Positions 51,042 through 60,469 of a stretch of 64,000 nucleotides of DNA are shown here, piece after piece (the stretch's first letter is position 1; every line of letters begins with the position of its first letter). The DNA is taken from positions 17,056 to 81,055 of the forward strand of contig JAZQMO010000019.1 of assembly GCA_045543495.1 (NCBI GenBank), given 5' to 3'. The notes beneath the pieces were generated by a model. It worked only from the letters and a program-made list of their open reading frames with translations, searched no databases and was not told the origin of the DNA. Origin of the DNA: Eubacteriales bacterium. GTDB lineage: Bacteria > Bacillota > Clostridia > Oscillospirales > SIG627. A program made the translations under genes and the position numbers.

Positions 51042-53374
51042 TCCGACTCCAGTGCCACCCGCAAGACATCGTCAATGGTGCGGCAGGGAATAAATTCCAT
51101 GCACTCCAATGCCTTGGGATCCACTTCCTCCAAATCCTTTTTGTTGTCCTCGGGAATAAGAACGGTGCGGATTCCCGCCCGCAGAGCGGCGCCCGCCTTT
51201 TCCCGCAGACCGCCGATGGCCAATACCTTTCCGTGGAGGGTGATTTCTCCCGTCATGGCAACGTCCGAGCGAACCCTTCTGCCCGACAGAAGAGAAACCA
51301 GACAGGTCACCAAGGTCACACCTGCGCTGGGCCCGTCCTTGGGAATGGCGCCCTCGGGCAGGTGAATGTGAAGGTCGCACTCCTTATAAAACTGCGGACT
51401 TTCGATCTTGAAATCCTCGTGGCGGGCACGAAGAAGGGAGAGGGCGGCCTTGGCCGATTCCTTCATCACGTCTCCCAAAGAGCCGGTCAATTCCAATTTG
51501 CCCGTTCCCTCAAGCTTTAAGGCCTCCACCTCCAGCATTTCGCCGCCGGACATGGTCCAGGCAAGGCCGTTGACCACGCCCACTCTGCCGCCCTTTTCGA
51601 TCTTTTCGGGCAGGATCTTCTCTTTTCCGAGAAAGTCCACCGTGTTATGGACGGTGACGGAAACGGATGCTTCTCCGTCCAAGATCCTCTTGGCACTCTT
51701 TCGGCAGATGCCCGCGATCTCCCGCTCCAGCTTTCTCACGCCCTGTTCACGGGTGTAGGAGCGAATGATCTTGCGAAGGGCCCCGTCGCTGATGCGAAGC
51801 TGATCCTTTTTCAGACCGTGCTCCTTCAATTGCTTGGGGATCAGGTGGTGCTTGGCAATGTCGCACTTTTCACTTTCGGTGTAGCCGTTGATGCGGATGA
51901 TCTCCATTCGGTCCAAAAGGGCAGGGGGAATGGTGGAGGTCTCGTTGGCCGTGGCCAAAAAGACGCAGGAGGACAGATCCACGGGCAATTCGATAAAATG
52001 ATCACGGAAGGCGTGGTTCTGCGCCGAGTCCAATACCTCAAGTAGGGCGGAGGAGGGATCTCCGTGAGCATCACGGGTCAGTTTATCAATTTCATCCAAT
52101 GTGATGAGGGGATTCATGGTGCCTGCCTGCGTCAGCGCCGTAATGATGCGGCCGGGCATGGCGCCGATGTAGGTCTTTCTGTGGCCTCGGATGTCGGCCT
52201 CGTCCCGCACGCCGCCGAGGGACACACGAACGTATTTTCTTCCCAGCGCCTCGGCAATGGAGGAGGCAATGCTGGTCTTGCCCACGCCGGGGGCACCCAC
52301 CAGACACAGGATCTGTCCCTGTACCTTGCCTCGCAGAACGCCTGCGGCCAGGAATTCCAAAATTCTCTCCTTCACCTTTTCCAGCCCGTCGTGATCCCGA
52401 TCCAGGATCTCTCTTGCCTTTTGGGGATCCACCGTGTCGGCAGAATAGCGCTCCCACGGAATTTCAAGGCAGGTGTCAATATAGTTTCGCAGGAGGGCGG
52501 ATTCCGAGGAGCCAAAGGGCATCTGACGGATCTTTTTGGCCTCACGGGTCAGCCTCTCCCGAATGGCATCGGGCATTTTGGTGCGGCCTATTTTGCCCAA
52601 AAGATCGTCCTCATCGGCATCGGACTCCTCCTGAGGCATACCGGAAAGCTCCGACTGAATGGCACGGAGCTGCTCTCTTAAATACGCTTCTCTCTGCTGC
52701 TCGGTCATATGAGCCTGCACCTTCCGCTCCAAACGGCTCTCCAAAGAGGCCACCTGGATCTCACGGTTCAGGATCTCCTTGAGCTTTAAGGCCCGTTCCG
52801 CAGGATCAAACAGGGTCAGGATCTCCATTTTGTCCTCGGGACGGCGGAGAATGTTGGCCGCCACAAAGTCCGAGAGGAAGGCGGGATCGGAAATGGTCTG
52901 CAGGGCGCTTGTCACATCGGGAGAGAGCTTGGGCAAATAGGCAGACAGATCCTCCACGCTGTGAAGAATGCTTCTGCGGTAGGCATCGGCGGAAATGTCA
53001 TCCATCACGCTGATGTTCTTGCGGATCACCTCGGCGGTGACGGCGCCGGATTCCAAGCGGAAATAGTTTTGCACCTCGGCACGGTCAAGCCCCTCGGTAA
53101 TGAGGCGGAAGCTTTGATCGGGGAGGCGAATGGACTGCTTGATGCGGGAGACCACGCCCACCCGATACAGATCCTCAGGGGCAAAGCTCTCCAATGCGGC
53201 GTCCTTTTGTGCTACGAGAAAAACCAAGCCGTCTGCCTTCAGGGCCATTTCGGTGCTCTTGACGGTCTGGGGACGGGCCACCTCAAAGCTGGTATCGATC
53301 CCGGGGAAGACCACCAGGCCTCTTAAAGCAATGACGGGCAGTGCGACTCGGTCGAGTTTTTCGGTGTAAAGCAT
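51038..53374 (-). CDS. lon: ATP-dependent Lon protease (LonA)
   Basis: ORF 51038..53437; ATG 53374 (MLYTEKLDRVALPVIALRGLVVFPG). Walker A GAPGVGKTS. Protease block PKDGPSAGVT with the catalytic Ser. Confidence 0.95.
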   Translation of the reverse strand: MLYTEKLDRVALPVIALRGLVVFPGIDTSFEVARPQTVKSTEMALKADGLVFLVAQKDAALESFAPEDLYRVGVVSRIKQSIRLPDQSFRLITEGLDRAEVQNYFRLESGAVTAEVIRKNISVMDDISADAYRRSILHSVEDLSAYLPKLSPDVTSALQTISDPAFLSDFVAANILRRPEDKMEILTLFDPAERALKLKEILNREIQVASLESRLERKVQAHMTEQQREAYLREQLRAIQSELSGMPQEESDADEDDLLGKIGRTKMPDAIRERLTREAKKIRQMPFGSSESALLRNYIDTCLEIPWERYSADTVDPQKAREILDRDHDGLEKVKERILEFLAAGVLRGKVQGQILCLVGAPGVGKTSIASSIAEALGRKYVRVSLGGVRDEADIRGHRKTYIGAMPGRIITALTQAGTMNPLITLDEIDKLTRDAHGDPSSALLEVLDSAQNHAFRDHFIELPVDLSSCVFLATANETSTIPPALLDRMEIIRINGYTESEKCDIAKHHLIPKQLKEHGLKKDQLRISDGALRKIIRSYTREQGVRKLEREIAGICRKSAKRILDGEASVSVTVHNTVDFLGKEKILPEKIEKGGRVGVVNGLAWTMSGGEMLEVEALKLEGTGKLELTGSLGDVMKESAKAALSLLRARHEDFKIESPQFYKECDLHIHLPEGAIPKDGPSAGVTLVTCLVSLLSGRRVRSDVAMTGEITLHGKVLAIGGLREKAGAALRAGIRTVLIPEDNKKDLEEVDPKALECMEFIPCRTIDDVLRVALESE

Positions 53375-53547
53375 GCGGGGGTTTCCTTTCAACATAACAA
53401 TAGGGTATAAAAAACCATTATTACAATATAATAGCACACTTTTTTCAAAAAGGAAATCCCTTTTGCATATTTTCCTAAAACTTTTCGAGAGTCTTTTCTT
53501 GGAACGAAATTTGTGGTAAAATGGAGAAAACCAAAGGAGAATCGTGT

Positions 53548-54564
53548 ATGTCTGTGAAAGTTCATCCCTCTGTCAAAATGCGCTCTCGGGCCGATCTAAT
53601 CCCGTCTCCCGTAATCCTTGTGGATGACGGGGGAGAGATTTTGTATCGCAACCGTCAGGCAATGCGCCTGCTCCCCGCCGCCCCGCGGGTCAAAAAGGCT
53701 CTTTCCCGTGTTTTATTTCGGGAAGAAAGGATGCTCCGCCTGACCTTGGATCACATTTCCTACTACGCCTTTTTCCTGAAGCCCGAGGAGAAAAAGCGAG
53801 AGCGTATGGTGGTTTTGATGGAGCATTTTCTCCTGTTTCATCCCCGCTTTGATGCCTATTTCGTGCAGGAGGGAATGGAGCTTGTGCGGGAGCTTTCCCG
53901 CTTTCGGGTCTCGGGAAACGGCCCGACCTCCCGTGAAAAGGCTCTTTCCGATCGGGTGCTGGCAAGAGCGGGTCGCTTTCGGGAGGAGGGCAAGCTCCTC
54001 CAGCGCTTTTTGGAGCAGCAAAGGCCCCGTGGAGAAAGGGTGCCCTGTGAGCTGGAGGCTTTTTTCTCGGCTTTGGCAGAAAAGCTTACCGCCTTCCGTA
54101 TGGAATTGATGTTCGAGAATATGGGAGCACTGCGGGTGCTTTTCTCCCCTGAGGATCTGGTTTTCTGCCTTCTGCATCTGGTGCAGTTCGCCTCTGTTTT
54201 CGAAGGGGAAACGAAGCTTTCCTTCACGGCGCAAAGAACCTCGGGACGGGTGATCCTCACCGCCTCGGTTCGGGATCGGGAGGATCTGTTCGGGGCTTTT
54301 TCTCGGCTGATGACGGGGGAGGGAAAGGAGAAGAAGGATCTGTTTCCCGCTGCCATGGGGATCCCGCCCATTTTGTCTCTGGCCTCCTTTTTCCGTCAGG
54401 AGGGCTTGGACTTTTCCGTGGAGGTGCGGGAGGGGGTCTGCCGGATATCCCTGTCTCTGCCCCGCACCACCCGACAGGCGGCCTTCTTCTTGGGCACCGA
54501 GAAAAAGACCCGAGACAGTAAGCTGGCTTGCCTCATTCGTGAATTTTTTGGTCAGGATCTGTAA
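53548..54564 (+). CDS. Hypothetical protein with PAS-like N-terminus and degenerate histidine-kinase-ATPase-like C-terminus
   Basis: ORF 53521..54564. ATG 53548 follows an AAAGGAG SD. PVILVDDGGEILYRNRQAMRLL is PAS-like. The C-terminal region resembles an HATPase_c fold but no phospho-acceptor His box was seen. Confidence 0.35.
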   Translation: MSVKVHPSVKMRSRADLIPSPVILVDDGGEILYRNRQAMRLLPAAPRVKKALSRVLFREERMLRLTLDHISYYAFFLKPEEKKRERMVVLMEHFLLFHPRFDAYFVQEGMELVRELSRFRVSGNGPTSREKALSDRVLARAGRFREEGKLLQRFLEQQRPRGERVPCELEAFFSALAEKLTAFRMELMFENMGALRVLFSPEDLVFCLLHLVQFASVFEGETKLSFTAQRTSGRVILTASVRDREDLFGAFSRLMTGEGKEKKDLFPAAMGIPPILSLASFFRQEGLDFSVEVREGVCRISLSLPRTTRQAAFFLGTEKKTRDSKLACLIREFFGQDL

Positions 54565-54657
54565 AAAGCACATCTTTTTCTTGCAGAAGCGAAAAAAAGA
54601 GAATATAATAGAAACAGAAACAGAAGGGCTTTGCCCGCCGAAGGAGGAAGAAAAAAG

Positions 54658-55647
54658 ATGGCAACGAAGGAAAGGAAGATCAAACGAATCGGCGTTCTCA
54701 CCTCGGGAGGAGATGCTCCCGGTATGAATGCGGCCATCCGTGCCGTGGTACGCTCGGGTCTGCATTACGGCTTTCGGGTATTCGGCATCAAGCGTGGCTA
54801 CGAGGGACTTCTGGAGGGAGAAATTGCCGAAATGGACAATCACTCCGTTTCCAATGTGATCAGCCGTGGCGGCACCGTTCTTCTGACGGCAAGAAGCAAG
54901 GAATTTTCCACTCCCGAGGGGGTGGAAAAGGGCAAGGCCATGGCTGAGATCTTCCGTTTGGATGCCATTGTGGTCATTGGGGGAGACGGGTCCCTTCGGG
55001 GGGCGAGAGATCTGCACCGCTTGGGCGTTCCCGTTATCGGGATCCCTGCCACCATTGACAACGACGTGGCCTTTACGGATTACACCATCGGCTTTGATAC
55101 GGCCATGAACACCGTCAAGGAGGCCATTGACCGCATTAAGGATACCGCCTCCTCTCACGAGCGATGCAGCGTGGTGGAGGTCATGGGACGGGGCGCAGGC
55201 CACATTGCCCTTCATTGCGGCATTGCAGGAGGTGCGGAGGCCTGCATCATTCCCGAAAAAGAGCCGGATCTGGCAAAGGATGTGATCGAGCCCATTCTCA
55301 AGTGTCGCAACGCAGGAAAAAATCACTATATCATCATCAATGCCGAGGGCGTGGGCAATTCCATGTCCCTTGCCGAGAAGATCACCGAGCTGACGGGCAT
55401 TTCCACCACCACCACCATTTTGGGCCATCAGCAGCGGGGCGGCTCCCCCACCGTGCGGGACCGTGTGGCCGCAAGCCTGATGGGACTCAGAGCGGTGGAG
55501 CTTTTGGCCGAGGGAAAATTCGGCAGAGCGGTGGCCATGAAGGGAGACTGTGTGACGGATCTGGATCTGGAAGAGGCCCTTCAAATGAAAAAAGAGATGG
55601 ATGAAACCCTGATTCAGGCAGGAAAAATCCTTTCTCTCTACAATTAA
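54658..55647 (+). CDS. pfkA: ATP-dependent 6-phosphofructokinase
   Basis: ORF 54631..55647. ATG 54658 follows an AAGGAGGA SD. IGVLTSGGDAPGMNAAIRAVVR, GGDGS, PATIDND and MGR motifs. Confidence 0.92.
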   Translation: MATKERKIKRIGVLTSGGDAPGMNAAIRAVVRSGLHYGFRVFGIKRGYEGLLEGEIAEMDNHSVSNVISRGGTVLLTARSKEFSTPEGVEKGKAMAEIFRLDAIVVIGGDGSLRGARDLHRLGVPVIGIPATIDNDVAFTDYTIGFDTAMNTVKEAIDRIKDTASSHERCSVVEVMGRGAGHIALHCGIAGGAEACIIPEKEPDLAKDVIEPILKCRNAGKNHYIIINAEGVGNSMSLAEKITELTGISTTTTILGHQQRGGSPTVRDRVAASLMGLRAVELLAEGKFGRAVAMKGDCVTDLDLEEALQMKKEMDETLIQAGKILSLYN

Positions 55648-55830
55648 AAAGAGGCGAAGAACGCACCTGCGGTGCGGGAGCGTGCAAGGATGGGCACCTC
55701 CCGCACCGATTGTTTTTGAAAAAAACACTTGATTTTTTTTTGACACGGTGCTATAATTTTGTAAGGTGCTATCGTGGTATGTTTTACAGTTTGATCATTT
55801 CATCCGTAAGGAGAGTCAGAAAGGTTATCC

Positions 55831-56946
55831 ATGGCCTACGACGAATATCAAAAGATCCCTTCCATTCTGCGCCGCTTCGGCGTGGAATTTAATTCCTATA
55901 AGGTAGAGACCTTCCACAGCGGTCACATCAATTCCACCTACAAGGTGGATGTCCGCTCCGGAGGAAAGAGCGCAAGCTTCGTTCTGCAAAGGATCAATAC
56001 CTATGTATTCCCCGATCCCGTGGGAATTATGAAGAATATTGAGCTTGTGACGGGCCACATCCGAGGAAAGCTTCTTGCGGATGGGGTAGATCCTGCGGGG
56101 AGAGTGCTGGAATTCCTCCGTCGGGAGGACGGCACCAATTATTTCTTTGAGGATGCAAGCAACTTCTGGCGGGCCTACCGCTACATTCCCAACTCCATCA
56201 CCTACGATCAGGCGGAGGATCCTCAGATCCTGCGGAGCGCGGGTCACGCCTTCGGCCTCTTTCAGAAGCAGCTTTGCGATTTTCCCATGGCGGAGCTTCT
56301 GGATACCGTGCCCGATTTTCACAATACCCCCGTCAGAATGAAGAATTTTCTTTCTGCCTGCGAGCGGGATGAGGCGGGAAGGCGCTGTGAGATCGAACAG
56401 GAGATCGCTCTTCTTTCGGAGAACGAGCCTCTTTGGTCGAAATTGGAGCGGGACCGAAGAGAAGGAAGGCTTCCTCTCCGTGTCACCCATAACGATACCA
56501 AGTACAACAATGTCCTCATTGACCGTGACAGCGGCGAGGCCATTTGCGTCATTGATCTGGATACCGTGACCCCCGGCCTTTGCGCCTACGATTTCGGAGA
56601 TGCCGTTCGCTTTTCCGCCAATCTTGCCGCAGAGGACGAGCCGGATCTTCGCAAGGTGGGGCTCAATCTTGAGCTTTACCGTGCCTTTGCGGAGGGCTTC
56701 ATTTCCGTTTGCCGTGATTTTTGCGGGGAGGCGGAATTGGAAAGTCTGGCGCTCGGTGCCGTCACCATGAGCTTTGAATTGGCGGCCCGCTTTTTGGAGG
56801 ATTATCTCAATTCGGATCGGTATTTTAAGATTCATCATCCTTTGCACAATCTGGAGCGTGGCAGAAGCCAGCTTTCCTTGGCGCTGGATATGAAGGATAA
56901 ATTGGAACAAATGCAGGAGATCAACCGCAGTATCGCCAAGGCGTAG
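55831..56946 (+). CDS. Aminoglycoside-phosphotransferase-fold kinase (NahK / N-acetylhexosamine-1-kinase-like)
   Basis: 371 aa. Catalytic loop VTHNDTKYNNVLID and metal-binding VIDLDT. HSGHINSTYKV near the N-terminus. Confidence 0.55.
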   Translation: MAYDEYQKIPSILRRFGVEFNSYKVETFHSGHINSTYKVDVRSGGKSASFVLQRINTYVFPDPVGIMKNIELVTGHIRGKLLADGVDPAGRVLEFLRREDGTNYFFEDASNFWRAYRYIPNSITYDQAEDPQILRSAGHAFGLFQKQLCDFPMAELLDTVPDFHNTPVRMKNFLSACERDEAGRRCEIEQEIALLSENEPLWSKLERDRREGRLPLRVTHNDTKYNNVLIDRDSGEAICVIDLDTVTPGLCAYDFGDAVRFSANLAAEDEPDLRKVGLNLELYRAFAEGFISVCRDFCGEAELESLALGAVTMSFELAARFLEDYLNSDRYFKIHHPLHNLERGRSQLSLALDMKDKLEQMQEINRSIAKA

Positions 56947-56983
56947 AGCGCACTTCTGTTTGAGAGAAAGGACAACGAAAAAA

Positions 56984-57673
56984 GTGGAAATTTCATTGAA
57001 AAACCTCTTCGATTGGATCATGAAGAGCATTGTGTTCGTGCTGGTGATCACCCTGGTGTTCTGCTCGGGCGCATTCGTTTTGACCAAGTATTTTATGCAG
57101 CCCACCTATACCACCAGCGTAAAGTTTTACGCCAGCGGATCGGAAAACAGCCTGCAGGCTTTGCAGAGCGCACAGTCCGTTGCTCCTCAGTACATTGAAT
57201 TTTTGAATGTAAACGAGTTTTATGAGAGCGTTTCCCAGGATCTGAAGGCCGATGTGGGCGTGGAGCTTTCTCCCAAGGAGATCGCCGCCACCGTGGGCTT
57301 TTCTGCCGTGATTCAGGAGACCAGCTCCTTCTTCGTATCGGTCAGCACGGCCGATGCCAACCTGTCCTACAACATCGCCCTTTCCATTGCGGAAATGGCG
57401 CCCTTGCAGATTCAGAATTTCCAGAACGTAGGCGCACTGGAGGTATTGAGTAACCCCGTGATGCCCACCGCTCCCTCCTCGCCCAACGTGTTGACCAACA
57501 CCTTTATCGGCCTGTTTTTGGGCTTCGTTCTGGCATCGGCCATCGTGGTGCTCCGTGAGGTGCTGGACAATCGCATCAAAACCGCCGACGAGATTACAGC
57601 CCTGTTCGGTCTCCCTGTGTTCGGCGTAGTACCTGATTTCTCCGCAGGGGAGAAGAAAGGGGCGCAGAAATGA
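56984..57673 (+). CDS. Wzz/CpsC-type polysaccharide chain-length determinant (tyrosine-kinase modulator)
   Basis: ORF 56960..57673; likely GTG 56984. N- and C-terminal TM segments flank a periplasmic-type domain. Immediately upstream of the BY-kinase. Confidence 0.7.
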   Translation: MEISLKNLFDWIMKSIVFVLVITLVFCSGAFVLTKYFMQPTYTTSVKFYASGSENSLQALQSAQSVAPQYIEFLNVNEFYESVSQDLKADVGVELSPKEIAATVGFSAVIQETSSFFVSVSTADANLSYNIALSIAEMAPLQIQNFQNVGALEVLSNPVMPTAPSSPNVLTNTFIGLFLGFVLASAIVVLREVLDNRIKTADEITALFGLPVFGVVPDFSAGEKKGAQK

Positions 57674-58452
57674 AAAAGAGTCAGTACGGCTACGGCTACG
57701 GAAACGAAGCCGGCGGCACCCTTTACGCCGCAAAGGAAGCCTATCGCACCATAAGAACCAATCTGATGTTCTCCGTGGCAAATCCCGGATGTAAGACCAT
57801 CGTATTTTCCAGCTCCATTCAGGGTGAGGGCAAAACCACCTCCTCTGCCAATGTAGCCTTTTCCATTGCCAGAAGCAACAAAAAGGTGCTTTTGATGGAT
57901 CTGGACCTTCGTAACCCCCACATTCACCGCTTGGTGAAAAAGCCCAATGCCCCCGGCCTGACCAATCTTCTCAGCGGCTTTAATACTCTGGAGGATGTGG
58001 TCCACAAGGAGATCTTCCCCAATCTGGATGTGATCTGCGCCGGCACCATTTCCCCCAATCCTGCGGAAATGATCGCCAGCGAGGGAATGGCAAATCTTTT
58101 GGCTAAAATGAAGAAATCCTACGATTTCATCATTTTGGATACACCCCCCATCAATCTGGTATCCGATGCATTGAATCTGGTTCAGCATTCCGACGGTGTG
58201 GTACTGGTGGTTCGTCCCCGTTATACCGCCCGCAAGGAGGTGCAGAGTGCCATTGATCAGATCCGCTTTGTGGATGGAAAGATCCTGGGCGTGATCGCCA
58301 ACGGCGTGCAGGATGAGAAGCGTGGCTACGGCAGATACGGCCGCTATGGCCGCTACGGCAGATACGGCCGTTACGGCAGCTACGGTCAGTACGGCACCGA
58401 TGCCGCTCCCGCACCGGAAAAGAAGGAAGAAGATTCCGAAGAGGAAGAATAA
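57670..58452 (+). CDS. CpsD/CapB-type bacterial tyrosine kinase (BY-kinase)
   Basis: 260 aa. Walker A GEGKTT, Walker A' LLMDLDLRNP, Walker B IILDTPP. C-terminal Tyr cluster GYGRYGRYGRYGRYGRYGSYGQYG. Confidence 0.88.
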   Translation: MKKSQYGYGYGNEAGGTLYAAKEAYRTIRTNLMFSVANPGCKTIVFSSSIQGEGKTTSSANVAFSIARSNKKVLLMDLDLRNPHIHRLVKKPNAPGLTNLLSGFNTLEDVVHKEIFPNLDVICAGTISPNPAEMIASEGMANLLAKMKKSYDFIILDTPPINLVSDALNLVQHSDGVVLVVRPRYTARKEVQSAIDQIRFVDGKILGVIANGVQDEKRGYGRYGRYGRYGRYGRYGSYGQYGTDAAPAPEKKEEDSEEEE

Positions 58453-58455
58453 GCC

Positions 58456-59157
58456 ATGCAGACCGACATCCATTCCCACATTCTTTGCGGGATCGATGAC
58501 GGAGCCCACAAGCCTGAGGTGACCCGCAGTGCCCTTGCCGCCCTTTCCCGTGAAGGGGTGACCCATTTGGCGCTGACCCCTCACTATTATCCCTCCCGCA
58601 AGCCGATGCACCGTTTTTTGGCTCGCAGGGAAGACTCATACAGGGCTCTTCTCAAAATGCCCGAAGCAAAACAGTTTCATCTTTCTTTGGGTGCAGAGGT
58701 TTATTTCACCGAGCCCCTGTTTAATTACGATGATTTGAAGCCCCTTTGCTATACCGGCACCAATCTGATGCTGACGGAATTGGAATACGGCGATCTGTAT
58801 ACCTCCTCCACCCGCAGAAGACTGACCCGCCTTGTGGAGGATTACGGGATCACCCCCGTTTTGGCTCATATCGATCGGTATTCCTTTCTGACCCGTGATC
58901 CCGAGATCCTGTTGGAGCTGCGGGATGTAGGGTGCTTGTTTCAAACCAATCTTGTCTCTTGGTCCAAATTCTTTTTAAGAGGCCGCCTTGCCCGCCTTGC
59001 CCGTATGGGGCTTGTGGATTTCTTCGGAGAGGATGTTCACGGGGAGGTCATTTGCGGGAAGGACCGCAAGGATCTTCTTTGCCGAATCCGCCAAAAGGCG
59101 CCTGATCTGATCCCCTTGGCCAATGAAAGGGCCAAGAAAAAAATCTTTCTTACCTGA
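58456..59157 (+). CDS. CpsB/YwqE-type PHP-family protein-tyrosine phosphatase
   Basis: 233 aa. N-terminal DIHSHILCGIDDGA and later LTPHY, VLAHIDRY, EDVHG His motifs. Confidence 0.85.
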   Translation: MQTDIHSHILCGIDDGAHKPEVTRSALAALSREGVTHLALTPHYYPSRKPMHRFLARREDSYRALLKMPEAKQFHLSLGAEVYFTEPLFNYDDLKPLCYTGTNLMLTELEYGDLYTSSTRRRLTRLVEDYGITPVLAHIDRYSFLTRDPEILLELRDVGCLFQTNLVSWSKFFLRGRLARLARMGLVDFFGEDVHGEVICGKDRKDLLCRIRQKAPDLIPLANERAKKKIFLT

Positions 59158-59230
59158 ATGGTACGCCACCGGGAAAAGACGGTGTCGTTTCCAGATAAAT
59201 TTACGTAAATTTTTTTAGGAGGTACCCATC

Positions 59231-59779
59231 ATGAAAAAGCTTATGGCTCTTGTTCTTGCTCTGGTGCTCGTGGTTTCCCTGATTCCTATGAGCGTTAGCG
59301 CCAGAACCCTCACCGCTGAGGAAAAGGCATTGTTTGATGAGCTGAGAGCACACATCGCAGTAGCAGACGGCGAGTTCTATCTGCCCGCAGATGTTGTAAC
59401 TCAGGGCGAAAACTATGTTGCTTCCTTGGCAGCCGCTCTGACCCCCGCGCAGATCACCGAGATCCGTGCACAGGTTACTGCTGCTATCGCTGCCGTAAAG
59501 GCAGAGAACACCGGTGAAGTGTCCAAGTGGTCCGAAAAGACCAAGTCTGAGATCCTTGCTAAGATTGATGCCGCTGCAAAGGTTGTTGGCTGTACTGCAG
59601 TTGCCGACGCTAAGGGCGGAATCGAAGTAAAGGATGCTGCCGGTAAGACCATCGTTACCAATGATCAATTGGTAAAGAAGACCGGCTTCGGCGCCGAGAG
59701 CATGATCGTTGTTGGTCTGAGCACCATCACCGTTCTGTGCGCTGTTGCTTTCGTTTCCAAGAAGGTTGAACTTTTCTAA
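59231..59779 (+). CDS. Secreted Ala-rich protein with C-terminal cell-wall-sorting-like signal (VKKTG + TM + basic tail)
   Basis: 182 aa. Signal peptide MKKLMALVLALVLVVSLIPMSVSA. C-terminus LVKKTGFGAESMIVVGLSTITVLCAVAFVSKKVELF. The next gene is a sortase. Confidence 0.6.
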   Translation: MKKLMALVLALVLVVSLIPMSVSARTLTAEEKALFDELRAHIAVADGEFYLPADVVTQGENYVASLAAALTPAQITEIRAQVTAAIAAVKAENTGEVSKWSEKTKSEILAKIDAAAKVVGCTAVADAKGGIEVKDAAGKTIVTNDQLVKKTGFGAESMIVVGLSTITVLCAVAFVSKKVELF

Positions 59780-59791
59780 GGCCGTCAGGAA

Positions 59792-60460
59792 ATGCAAAAG
59801 CACCATAAAGTGGTAAAATCAGTGGCGGTAGCAATATCGCCACTGATTTTATCGTTAGGCGTCATTTTTTTGTTGTACCTTCTATTGGGAAACACACTTT
59901 CCCCCTTCTTTTCCGCTGTCAATTTGCTTTTGTTTGATGAAAGCACGCCTGTCAGCGAGGGGTATGAAAACGTATTTGAGGGCTATCAGGAGCGAGGCGA
60001 GAGTGGCCTTGTGGTAGACGGGAACGATATCGTGTATCCCTCCCGCGGCGACCTGTATGCCAATTTGAAGATCGAGCGGATCGGAATGGATACCAATGTG
60101 TTCTATGACGATTCGGACGAAGCCCTGTCCCGTGGTGGGGTCGGGCAGTATTACGGGAGCCGTATCCCGGGCTACGGCACCCCCATTCTCATCTGCGGCC
60201 ACAACAACGGGGTCTTTAACGCCCTGCAGCACGTGACGGTGGGGGATGTGGTGAAGATCACCACCAATTACGGCATTTATGAATACAAGGTGCGGGAAAT
60301 TGCCATTAAAAAGGCATCGGATGAAAGTGCCGTGAACCTGCAAAAAGAGGAAGAGGAACTGATCCTTTATACCTGCTACCCCTTTTATATGCTCGGCATC
60401 ACAAACGACCGCTACTTTGTATATGCAGATAAGATCTCCGGTCCGGAGGTCCTTCATTAG
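59792..60460 (+). CDS. Sortase-family transpeptidase (class undetermined)
   Basis: 222 aa. N-terminal TM. His block ILICGHNNG, Cys block LILYTCYPF, Arg block NDRYFVYA. Confidence 0.75.
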   Translation: MQKHHKVVKSVAVAISPLILSLGVIFLLYLLLGNTLSPFFSAVNLLLFDESTPVSEGYENVFEGYQERGESGLVVDGNDIVYPSRGDLYANLKIERIGMDTNVFYDDSDEALSRGGVGQYYGSRIPGYGTPILICGHNNGVFNALQHVTVGDVVKITTNYGIYEYKVREIAIKKASDESAVNLQKEEEELILYTCYPFYMLGITNDRYFVYADKISGPEVLH

Positions 60461-60469
60461 GAGCTTGTT

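Noticed and set aside
53713-55746. 677-aa minus-strand ORF spanning the pfkA region.
   Set aside because: It is antisense to an unmistakable 6-phosphofructokinase and to the upstream hypothetical gene. There is no recognisable domain, so it is a composition artefact.
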